Origin: the human T2T-CHM13v2.0 reference genome, Homo sapiens
Reading direction: 5' to 3' (one strand)
Assembly: GCF_009914755.1 (NCBI RefSeq)
Contig: NC_060941.1
Length of the DNA: 64,000 nt
The notes under the pieces are model-generated. The model saw only the letters and a list, made by a program, of their open reading frames with translations. It was not told the DNA's origin and ran no database searches. Positions 53,653 through 64,000 of this stretch are shown here, in pieces (the stretch's first letter is position 1; each line of letters starts with the position of its first letter). A program made the translations under genes and the position numbers.

Positions 53653-53712
53653 CCTTCCTTCCTTCCTTCCTTCCTTCCTTCCTTCCTTCCTTCCTTCCTT
53701 CCTTCCTTCCTT
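53653..53712. repeat. (CCTT)15, i.e. (GGAA)n on the minus strand
   Basis: Counted directly. Confidence 0.98.
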
Positions 53713-54769
53713 CTTTCCTTTTTCTAGTTTGTGCATTTAAAAACACTAGGAATGGTAGTAAAACTAGTTTCTGTGTTTGGTCAGCTTAGATCACCTCATT
53801 GCTTAAAGTTCAATCACTTCTTTAGGGAGAGCAGAGGAATAGTTCCGTATCTGAGCCCACTGCCTCCAGCCATGTGCTTGGTCCCAGCAGGCTCTGTGGG
53901 CCAGCCCAGATGCCTCTCTGCTCCATCCATGCAAGACTTCTCTTCAGTTGAATGAGGGAAGCCTCCTGGGCCCCTTCACTTAGCATTCACTCTAACTAGA
54001 CACTAATCTCATTTATAACTTTTACTGTCTACAATGAGCGATTTTTTTGAATCAATAAACTAATTCATTGCAAAGTCAATTGGTTAAAAATTAATAGCTT
54101 ACCTTTTTCTCCGACCACCCACCTAGTAAACCCCCAGGTTGGCAAGTTATTTCCATTAAAAGGAAAAAAGCCTTTAATCATATAATCATCTTTACATTTT
54201 GAAATGATAAGCCTCCATACTGATTATAGAGCTAATTATGTTATAATCAGCCCATTTCCTCATCCCAGTCCCCTCTCACCTGAGCACAGAGTTCCCTGGC
54301 TTCTCTCCTTGCCTTGGACTAGACCTGCACCCCCTTCTATCCTCTCCCTGCCTTGCTGCCAGAGTGGTCTTTCTGAAATGCAAATTTGATACTGTCAATC
54401 CATACACCCTGTTTAAAATTCTTCTCTGGTCTACCATCATCTAAATGGAGTCCCAAATGCATGTGAGCTGTTCTGGGCCTGAGAATGGGTTTCATCTAGC
54501 CTGCATGGAGCTTTAAACATTTTAACCTAGGATGCCTCTAGGCTGGGTGTGTGTGGTCCAGCCGGCCAGTGGTGTTACTGCTCCTATCCACTTCTACCTG
54601 TCTGTTTCTTATATCACCTGTCTGAACCTTAAAGACAACTTCATTTCTAACCCTGACAAAGGCTGGATTGCCCAAATGAAATCTTCCCTTCCTAACCTGA
54701 GCCCTTCTGTAGTGTGTCTTACTGACGATGACTCTACTCACTTGAACAGTTTCAGGAAGAATACAAACA

Positions 54770-55000
54770 GCTTCTGTTTATTGAGCACCTACTCTATGCC
54801 AGGCCCAGTGCTAAGCACTTTAAAGACAACATCTTGGATAAACTGCACAATAATGCTACGCAGAGGAGGAAGCTAAGGATCCAGGATGTTAGAGCTTGGT
54901 CAAAGTCAGAAAGCCAAGAAATGGCACCACCAGGACCTGGGTTTAAGTGCATTTGGTTCCAAAACCTATGCTTCCAACCTCTACACTGCACAGCCTCCTG
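54770..55000 (-). mobile_element. MIR
   Basis: tttattgagcacctactctatgccaggcccagtgctaagcacttt. Confidence 0.8.
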
Positions 55001-55059
55001 CTTCTAAACAGGGGAGAAGCCTGTCCTTTGTTGGCAGCTTGCTGTTGCACAGAGCTGAC

Positions 55060-56366
55060 CACGCCCCATTTGTACCCTTCTCCCTTGGGTCAGTGCCCTC
55101 TAGATTTCCCTCCTACCTCCTTGACTGTTCCCTCTCACCCTCCTTTGCCTGCTCCTTTACTTCCAGACCCCTAAATGTTGGCGAATCCAGGGCCCAGTGC
55201 TCAGCCTGCTGCTCTTCTCTGTCAACACACTCCACTTATGCGATCCCACCCAGTCCCACTGACTAAATGCCACTATTCCACCATGACTTCCAAATCCCAA
55301 TCTCCTGTCCTGACCTCCTCTGGAGCTCCAGGCTTATGTGTCCAACTACTTACTAGGATACCCAATAGTTACTTCAGTCTCAACAGACCCCAAACATTGA
55401 ATTCGCCTCCCACCTCTCTCAACACCCATATCTAATCTCCCCCAGCCTTCCATTCTCAATTCATGTTACCAGGATCAGCCCAACAGCTCAGGCCCACAAC
55501 CTGGGAGTTATTCTTGAGCCCTGCTTTTATCACCCTCTACTACCAATCCACCATGAAGTCTCACTGGACCTACCTTCAATATATGCCAAATTGGACCATG
55601 CTTACCACCTCCATCACCAAAACCCTAGTCCAGTCCACCAGCATCTCCCATCTCAAGTATTGCATCTGCTTCCTAACTTGTCATCCAGCCTCCATTCTTA
55701 TCCACACTCATCCAGTCTCTGAAGTCAGAATGATATTCTTGCAGGGTATATTAACTCATGGCACTCTCATTCCTAAGCCCTCCAGTGGCTTCTCACTGCA
55801 GTGGGAGTCATCTCCAAGTTCAGCCCAGCCTACAAGCCTTGGCATTTGGCCTGCACCTACTATCCAACTTCAGCTCATACCACTGTCTTCCTCTTCTACT
55901 CTGCTCAAGACATACAGGCCTTCATTCTGTTTTTTGAACAAACCAAGTTCATTCTCATCTCAGAGACTTGGCACTGTATCTCTTCTGCCCGGGCACCTTG
56001 CCTCTAGGTCTTCCCTTGATTGCATCCCCCTATCATTTTGATCTTGGCTCAAATGCCACCTGTTCATGCAGGGCTTCCTGACTACATGAGCTAATGAGCT
56101 AAAGCATCTTACAAACATCCATTTCCATTTCTGTCTATCCTATCATCCTATTTTGTTGTCTTCAGAGCACTCATTATCATCTGAAATTATGGCATTTGTT
56201 TATATGTTTACCATCTACCTTTACCATCCCATTCCATCCCATTGTCTTCTAAACTATAAGCCTCATGAAGGCAAGGACTGTGTCTGTGTTGTTTGTTTGC
56301 TGTAGTCCAATGCTAACAGGAGCTAGCACACAGTAGGCACTCAATTAACTCTTACTGAATAAATGA
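55060..56366 (+). mobile_element. L2, ~1.3-kb 3' portion including an ORF2 relic
   Basis: aacctgggagttattcttga (NLGVIL); ORF 55463-56041 reads TKTLVQSTSISHLKYCICFL, like L2 ORF2 TTLVQA.IISRLDYCNSLL; ends cagtaggcactcaatt...tgaataaatga. Confidence 0.9.
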
Positions 56367-56523
56367 CCTAAACCTCTGAGAGGTAAACTGAATTCTGAAG
56401 TAGATTTTAGGTGAACAGTTCTTTACTGAGCACCTATTTTTTGTACATAGAGATATACAAGGCTCTGAGGAAAATCCTCTTATCACATAAACCCATGAGC
56501 CCTGCCCTGCACATGGCTGTATT

Positions 56524-56655
56524 GTCATCATCATCATCATCACCATTCCTCCATCATCGTCATCGTCAGCATCATCACCATCACCAACATTGTCATCACT
56601 ATCACCAACATTGTCATCACTATCATCATCCACCATCATCACCATCATCATCATT
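56524..56655. repeat. Degenerate (CAT)n repeat with a perfect 21-bp duplication
   Basis: atcaccaacattgtcatcact twice at 56580-56621. Confidence 0.95.
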
Positions 56656-56659
56656 GTCA

Positions 56660-56850
56660 GTAGTAGCAATAATCTCCAACATGCTTATGATGCTTTACAT
56701 TGAACAAAACAATTTTTTATAGATTATCTCTTTGGTTTCTCAGAACATCCCAGTGAGGGAGGTTTGTCACTATTTTTCAACAACTTTTTACAAATGAGAA
56801 AACTGAGCCCTGGGAGGAGAGACACTTGCCTGAGATCATTCAGCTCCACG
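56660..56850 (-). mobile_element. MIR
   Basis: ttttacaaatgagaaaactgagccc...acttgcctgagatca. Confidence 0.8.
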
Positions 56851-57589
56851 ATACCCTTGCAAAGTATCTTTTTCTTTTGACTGAACTGCCTCTCTCCACG
56901 CCAGCCTCCTTTTCCACCTGGAGACAGGTGATGCAAACAGAGTCCAGGACTCACTCCTGTTTCACCAACACTTAGTTAAGAAATTGCCCCGAGTTTGTAC
57001 ATTTTCATTCTGGCAATGTAGGAGAAGAGATAGCTTTTAAATTGTAATCCATGGCCAAATTTTATGACTGCTAAGGGGGAAAAAATAAAAGCTTAAGGTG
57101 AGTTTAGGAGGACTTTTTTTGGTTGGTTAAAGAAAAAAATTACAAAATTAAAAGAGTAGAAAAAAATAGATTACTAGTGACTGTTTTTACTGCGTGAGCT
57201 TACAAGCTGGAGTGGAGAGTTAAAAAGTTATATAGCTGGGGTTTCTAACCATGACTTATCGAAGATGAATCCTTCATATTTATAGCTTTTTCTGTTTTTC
57301 CCATCTCAAGATAGTAAGCAATCCCCTGATATAGGGTTGTTACTCTCTGCCCAGGAACCCTGGGGGCTGTGTGTACTCAGCAGAGCTGTCACAGCTGACA
57401 ACACAGGAAGGACCTGGGAGAGGGGCTTGTTTATTGTCCCTCTGCCTGGAGGGATCCCTCTCTTGTTCACTCAACAACCACTGAAGGGGGTGGAGGTGGG
57501 GAGTACTCCTTCATGCCAGGACCCAGTGAGGAGAAGGAAGGCCTTAAAGAAAACAGAACAATAACAGCCAAAGTTCCACACCAGAAGCC

Positions 57590-58350
57590 ATCCTCTCAAT
57601 TCATTTCGCCCTCACAACTGCAAATACCACCATTATCCACATTTTACAGATGGGGAAATTGAGGCACAGAAGGATTAAACAACTTGCCCAAGGTCACGCT
57701 CAGTGAACTGCCTCTCAAGGTGCCAGTCCTTGAAAAGTTTAAAAAGTTGGGGGGCCGGAAGGGGGCAGGAAGAAGAAAGACTAAAGGCAAAATGGGAGAA
57801 ATGACTGGGGGAGGGGGAGGAAGGAAATATTAGTTGAGCCTCTGCTTTGTGCCAGGCTCCACAAGTTCTGCCTGGTCATCATTTTTATTCCTTGCAATCA
57901 CTCTGTGGGAAGGCAATGGGTGGTACTTATGTCCATTTTACAGATAAGAAACTGAGGTGCAGAAACGTTAATGAACTAGTCAAAGTGAGTTTGGAAGTGA
58001 CATTGATAGGATCTGAACTGACATCTGTCTGTTTCCATTTCATACTGTCTGGATGGCCTTGGGCAAGTGATCTGACCACATTCAGCATCTGTTTTCTCAT
58101 CTATGAAAATGGAATAGTATTCTCTACTCTCAGGCTTATCTCAGGCTCTGGATGGGAAAATGCTTTGTAAACCAGGCAGCATTGTGAAACCAAGTCTGCT
58201 CCAACACCTACTTGCAGGTAGGCAAGGGCCAGCTGCTTTCTCATTAGCTGGGGATGAGGAAATTGAGGCCCAGGGAGCCAACACTGACTTGCCCATACCA
58301 CAGAGCTAATACAAAAAAGGCCAGAAGTGAAGTCTCCTGTCTCCTAGCGT
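57590..58350. mobile_element. MIR cluster (-, -, +, -)
   Basis: cattttacagatggggaaattgaggcacaga; cattttacagataagaaactgagg; ccttgggcaagtga...tctgttttctcatctatgaaaatgg. Confidence 0.85.
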
Positions 58351-58519
58351 ATAGTTCTCCAACATTCACTGGTAAGAGGAAACTTAACTGGGGAGAGACA
58401 GTACAAATAATCCAGCAAGTACAAATAATTGATAGCAAAAATCTAAACATGGAAACACGTGACCCTGGACCTCAAGGTCACTGACTTGTTACTTTTTTTG
58501 ACAACACAGGCTCCTAGAA

Positions 58520-58700
58520 TGTCCATCCTAAGAAAGACTGCATATATCAGTGACTCCAGCTAAAAAATACCCATGCTTGGTTTTGACCCCAAGCCAGTGA
58601 AATCAGAATCTCTGGGGGTTGAGCTTGGGCTTTAGCAATTAAAAAACAAAATTTCCCCAGATGATTTCTAATGTGCAGCTAGAGTTGAAAAATCCTGACT
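58520..58700. mobile_element. MER5-family MITE
   Basis: gaaatcagaatctctggggg...ttccccagatgatttctaatgtgcagctagagttgaaaa. Confidence 0.8.
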
Positions 58701-59449
58701 TATGATCTCCCTTATTTTCTGGATGGGCACTAGAGGCCCAGAGGGGGCAGCTAAGGAAACAGGGTTGTCCAGGAATTAGTGGTAGAGTGCAACTCTGGTC
58801 TCCTGGTTCCTAGCTTGGGACTCTTCCTCCACTCTCAACACTCATCACTCGGCAGTTGTGGTCAAAGTGACCAGATGATCCTGGTGCCCCCTAGTACCTG
58901 AGGACAGACACCACCCCTCCTCATTTCTCCCACTCCCCATGCCTCCTCACCAGCACCTCATGCCCCTAGAGAGAGCTCAGGGTACCTGGGAGGCCCAGGC
59001 TGAAAAATGTTCTGCAAGTCTGCACCTGGGCTGGTCTACACACTGCAAAATGAAGTGGTGAACTGAGGCAATTATCCAACGTATTAGCAAGCCTGTCCCT
59101 GCGGCACTCCTGCGAGCCAAAGTAATAAATACAAAATGGTAATTTCTCTCTGGAAGCCTGATCCCCGCCTCCCACACAATTCCCCTCCCACCCAGAAGTC
59201 ATATACCACCTCCTGGTTGTCCTCTCCTGGATGGGGTGGCAGTAACTGAGTTATTTAAATATCTCAGGCAAAACCTGCTTTTTCGAAAATCTGAATCTTC
59301 GCACAATAACCTCAGTTCTCCTCTGCAGCTTACTTGTCTGGCCATAGCAGATCCTTCTAGACTTCAGTGGAAAGTAATAAAAACGCCTACAGGTATCAAT
59401 TAATGACTCCCAGTGGCTAACGTCTTCTTTGTGTGTGTCGTAAACTAGC

Positions 59450-60270
59450 ATCGGCCCTGGAAAGGGAGTGGGAAGAGCTAGGTTGTAGCTTAGACCCGGA
59501 CTCTTGCTAGGTTTGTGACCTTGAGCAAGTCACTCCACTTGCCTGGGATTTGGAACTCTTTTGTTACCTTTCCCTAGAGTTGTGCAAATCCAAATGGAGA
59601 ATGGACGTGAAACTGCTTGCAGACTTCCATAAAATCTGTCTATGGAAAAGTGAAGACTTGAACTCTGGTGCCCTTACCCTTACCCACTCCACAGTAATCT
59701 CTCAGGGCATCAGTGGTTGTATGCAGCACAGGGAAGACCACGGGGTTGCAGGACATTCCAGACTGAGGGAAGAGCATATGGAAAGGCTGGGAAGAACATG
59801 ATAGATACAGTGAATCCCAGCAGCTCGACATGGAGGAATGCATGTGTGGGGGTGACAGTTGAGATTACCTGGGTGCTTGGCCTTATCTTGTAGGCAGCAC
59901 GGAACCACATGATAATTTTAGGCAGGGAAGGTTTTCAGGCAAAAGATAAATGGCTGGTCCAGTTTTTCAGCACCAGACTGGAGAGGCCATTGAGGGGTCT
60001 AGTTTGTTGACTGGATATAGGATACTATGGCAGCAGGGGAGATTGACTTGATGACTTGGAGTATATTCACTTTGATTCCTTAGAGGCTGGCACAGTGCCT
60101 GGTATATAGAAGGTACTCAATAAATGTATGCATTAGTAAATGAAGCTGTCAATCACTAAATAATAATAAATAAATAAATATTGTCAATCAATAAATAAAA
60201 GAGTAAGCAAAGGAATGAATGGCTGAAAAAACAAATGAGGGTATGAATGACTTAATTGAATGAATAAGCT
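59450..60270. mobile_element. MIR (+), L2 (-) and L2 (+) 3' end with AAT-rich tail
   Basis: ttgtgaccttgagcaagtcac; ggcacagtgcctggtatatagaaggtactcaataaatg. Confidence 0.7.
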
Positions 60271-60914
60271 AAGGCATGGTTTGCAAACAGCCTTAGCAAT
60301 TCTAACTAAAGGCCTTGTAGCAACAAAAGTGAAAGCTTCTAGCTGCATTACCTAGAAATGCCCTGTTATTGGCACGGTTCCCTTAATTGAAGACTTTCTC
60401 GCTCCTAAGTAGCAATATGCTGCTCAAAGACAAAAACTGATTACTGTGATCAAGCCAGAGGCTCTCCTTGGATTCTCACCTGTCATTGTCACATTTACTG
60501 ATATCCACAAAATCAGAAAAGGGAGCAGAAATACCTAGCAGCTCATCCTCGCAGGAACTAACTCCTTTTGGAGGTATGTGACTCCGTTGCCATTTCTCCG
60601 TTCACATGGACTCCCTCAATGGCTTGTCATTTCAGTATCATATAAAGGCAAAGGAAAGAGTTATCTTAATAGAAACTTAACAATTGCTGTGCTGTCTGCA
60701 CATCTAAGCAGCAGCAGCCTGACGGTCTAGCCTGGGGGAAGCCGCTTTGCTTCTCAGAGCAGGATTCAGGACAAGGTGGGCTTTGAACTCTGTCCAAAGG
60801 ATGATTTATTGTAACAGAATAAAATGGCAGGGTTAATATGCACTCAGGTCTGTCTGGGGACAGAGGCCCTTCTTTCTCTTTTATTCCATCCTGCTTTTGC
60901 CTCCAGACTTGTAG

Positions 60915-61085
60915 ATCCTTGCTACATATAATGTGGTCCCATGTACCCGTGGTATTGATGTCATTTAGGAGCTTGACAGGAATGCAGAATCTCAGGCTCC
61001 ACCTACTAAGCCAGAATCCGCATTTTTGCAATATTCCCAGGTGACTCTCATGCACATAAAAGTTATTGAAGTTTGAGAAATTCTG
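60915..61085. mobile_element. MER5A-like MITE
   Basis: aatgcagaatctcaggctccacctactaagccagaatccgcattt...cccaggtgactctcatgcacat. Confidence 0.85.
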
Positions 61086-61259
61086 TCTATAGATGACCCA
61101 GGTGGCACTGTGGGCCCTCCAAGCCAAGGATTCAATTCCCTGTGACCAGGTTTCACAGTGCTCTCCATTGGGATCAGGGAAGACTTCCCCTGGGAGGTGA
61201 CACTGACTTTGAGACTTGGAGAAGGACACATATTTAAACTCCCAGTGGCAATTCACCAC

Positions 61260-61470
61260 CATGAGTCAGGGAAGTTCTGGAATAGGAGTCAGAACCGACC
61301 TGGCTTTGGTACCAGCTGGGTAACCTCGGGCAAGTCAATTCTCTTCTCTGGGCCTTAGCTGCCCCATCTGTAAAACAGGAACAATTCAATTGGCTTTACT
61401 GCACCACATGGTTATCATGAAGATAACAGACGTGAAAGATGTGCAAGTTCTCTGCGGAACACAATGCCAG
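61260..61470 (+). mobile_element. MIR
   Basis: gggtaacctcgggcaagtca...ctctgggcctt...catctgtaaaacagg. Confidence 0.85.
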
Positions 61471-62244
61471 GGAAAGGGCCTGTTTTTGCTGTGGGCAACC
61501 AGCCATCCTGACCTAACGTTTTGGAGGCTGAATGAGGAAACTCTATCTGAACATCAAAGGCTTAAGACCTTTGCCCTGGTGAAGATTAATCAGCAGAGGA
61601 ATGTGGTGCTAATTACCCAGAATGGAATACTCCAAAGAAAAGGGCCTGGCTCAGTCAGTCTCACCGAGCTGCCCTTAGACAGGGATATGTGATTGGGTTC
61701 CTCCTGCTGCAGTTTTTTCCCATTCACTTGGAGTTATTTTTTGAAGGAAAGTTCGGCCTAAGGACCTAAAGCTATGTTACATTAGCATTCCGGAGGTCAA
61801 TATTTCCAGAGCTGCTAGAATCAGGCTGTTCTTTCATACTGTGTGGGCGAGAGAGGCAGCCACATCTTGGAAGGAGCCAGATGTACCCACAGTACAAAGA
61901 ACAAGCGAATGAGTGACTGGAATTGGGTTTTCCAGTGTGGGAAGGAAGAAGACAGATCCTTCCCCAACTCGGGGCCTTTGGTTGGCTGTTACCCTGTTTG
62001 GAATCCTTTTTCGGATCCCTGCATAGTTTCCCCCTCTCATCTTCCTGATCTCAGTGAAGATGTCACTTCCTCAGAGAATCGATCCTCCCCTGCTCCCTGG
62101 CTTCAGGCAGCCCCTGCTGTTCCCTATCAGATGCCCTTATTCATTTTTTTTTTTTTTGCCTTCACAGCATTTATTCATATTGGAAGGAGTCTTGTTCATT
62201 TATTTGTTAACTTACATATTATCTGCTCCTTTACCCCCCAACAT

Positions 62245-62560
62245 ACAATGTTTTTCTAAAATCCTTAATCACCTGAGGGTGTCTGTTAAAAATAGACTGA
62301 CGTAAAATCAGTTAGGCATGGTGGTGCGTCTCTGTAGTCCCAGCTACTTGAGAGGCTGAGGCAGGAGGATCACCTGAGCTGAGATCATGCCCCTGTACTC
62401 CAGCCTGGGTGACAGAGACAGACCCTGTATCAGAAAAAAAAAAAATTGATGGGCTTCTCCCCTATAAATTCTGATTCAATAGTTCTGGTTTGGAGTGAGG
62501 GATTTTTTAAATCAGCCCTTCCCATCGTTCTGATCTTTGGGGAGACTTGGAAAGCACAGA
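62245..62560. mobile_element. MER5-type MITE interrupted by a partial Alu right arm (62304-62445, +)
   Basis: aatcacctgagggtgtctgttaaaaatag [Alu fragment with A tail] aaattctgattcaatagttctgg. Confidence 0.75.
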
Positions 62561-63547
62561 TCTGGATGAGAGCTCTGTGAGGGGGGGGTCAGCTCCATTT
62601 CCCTCCGTATCCCATATTCCCCGGGATCCCTGGCCTATGATCGTTTGCCATAACTCTTTATTGAATGAATGAATGAACGAATGAATGAGTCCACATATAT
62701 TTTTTTTTTTGGTGGAACTATCCTTTTTCCTGTTTCGACAATTCAATATTCAGACAGGGAACTTGTCATTTACAAGGCACAGCGTTAGGTGCTGGGACAG
62801 CTACAGGATAAAGCCAGACATGGCCCTTGCCCTCAAGGAGATGACAGCTGAGGAAGGGGAACCTGAGTCAATGCACGGGATTGCAATAAAAGACCGAGAA
62901 AGGAAAGGGTCATCAGAGGGGCATAAACAAAGTGAGTTTTGCGTGGTTGAAAGGGTGGAAAGCATCCCTTTGCCTACAGATGATTTATATGGAAGAGTGG
63001 CCTGAGATAACCATAGAAGAGATGAGATTTTTAGAAACAGTATTTTTCTTTTGTCTTATGCGTTGATTTGTTGTAAGTTATACACACGTGGCTAAAAATA
63101 TTCGGGTCATAGATAAGGGTGAAGAGTGAGAAGCAGGGCTCCCTCTCTCTTTCTGCACCCCATCTTCCAGGCCTCTCCTCAGAGACAGCCTGCTATCAGA
63201 TCTCAGGCATCCTTCCAGGCATATTCTGGGCATATCTAAGCACCCAGTTGTCTAGAATAGACAGGGCATCAGAGGCAGAGATGGTGAATCAGGGCATCCA
63301 GGGGAAAGGAAGTAAGGACATGGAAGCTGGAAAATTCTTTGGAATAGAGATAAGCAGCTCACCAGTGACTTAGCTTTGTGACTTTGGGCCATGAACTCAT
63401 AAATCCAGGAGGATGGGAAGAGGGAGGTCGGTCAAGGTATTAGGTGCTTTCCTGGCTTGTTGGCTGGTTAAAATTCTTGGAACGTGGAGCATGAGAGAGA
63501 GGCAATGGGAGTGAGGTAGCCAGGGGTCAACATAAATTAAAAATTCC

Positions 63548-63712
63548 AGTCTGGCATGGTGGCTCACACCTGCAATCCCAACACTTTGGGAGGCTGAGGT
63601 GGGAGGACTGCTTGAGCTCAGGAGTTCTACACCTGCCTAGGTAACGTAGCAAGACCCCAACTCTATAATTTTTTTAAAATTAGACAGTTGTGGTGGCGTG
63701 CACTGAATATTC
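63548..63712 (+). mobile_element. AluJ left arm and start of right arm, 3' truncated
   Basis: ggtggctcacacctgcaatcccaacactttgggaggctgaggtgggaggactgcttgag. Confidence 0.88.
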
Positions 63713-63739
63713 CAAATGCTATATTTTAAGAGTGTGAGA

Positions 63740-63870
63740 TGCAGATCCTCATCACCACTTTTTCTACTAACCTTCTGAGCTTCGGTTTCCTCATTGGTAA
63801 AATGGGTATAGCCCCAGAGTGTTGTCCTGAGGATTAAAGAAGATAACAAATGGGAGGCACAGAGCCATGT
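63740..63870 (+). mobile_element. MIR
   Basis: ttctgagcttcggtttcctcattggtaaaatggg...gaggattaaagaagataa. Confidence 0.85.
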
Positions 63871-64000
63871 ATATAGTAGCCTTCCTTTATCCCTCTCCCG
63901 TGTCCCACTTCCTGGCAACCCATTCCACCTAAGTTGCCAGACTTGCCTTTGTAGAGATCTCAGCTACATCATTTATTAGCAAGGCCACTTTTGGTGAGCT

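Noticed and set aside
56352-56722. Poly-His / poly-Asp ORFs
   Set aside because: Translations of the (CAT)n repeat
60525-60580. Possible exon ending at GAG|GTATGT
   Set aside because: No convincing pyrimidine tract or acceptor upstream
60666-61262. 198-aa minus-strand ORF, the longest in the window
   Set aside because: Non-ATG start, crosses a MER5 MITE, no recognisable domain

Overview
This is primate (human-like) non-coding genomic DNA, either intergenic or deep intronic. It carries AluJ, AluS and AluY elements with target-site duplications (TSDs), a very dense layer of old MIR and L2 elements, a few L1 3' ends, MaLR/ERVL LTRs, hAT-Charlie MITEs and several microsatellites. I see no recognisable protein-coding exon, RNA gene, CpG island or CRISPR array. 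The supplied ORFs are either chance frames or derived from repeats (antisense Alu, L1/L2 ORF2 relics, simple repeats). I could not identify the locus, and I found no evidence of a new multi-gene biological system. The most interesting unexplained structure is: (1) repeat-free, motif-dense blocks that look like developmental enhancers, the best being ~50.7-51.2 kb with 8 TGACA/MEIS cores and an inverted SOX pair, plus a MER121-like element at ~43.3 kb; (2) a 113-bp gap-free dispersed duplication (12412/14763); (3) a template-switch scar at ~10.2 kb; (4) a decayed 19-bp minisatellite at ~7 kb; (5) a (GGTAT)24 array born inside an MLT1A LTR; (6) two candidate unannotated exons. Repeat subfamily calls come from recall of consensus sequences, and boundaries of old elements are approximate.
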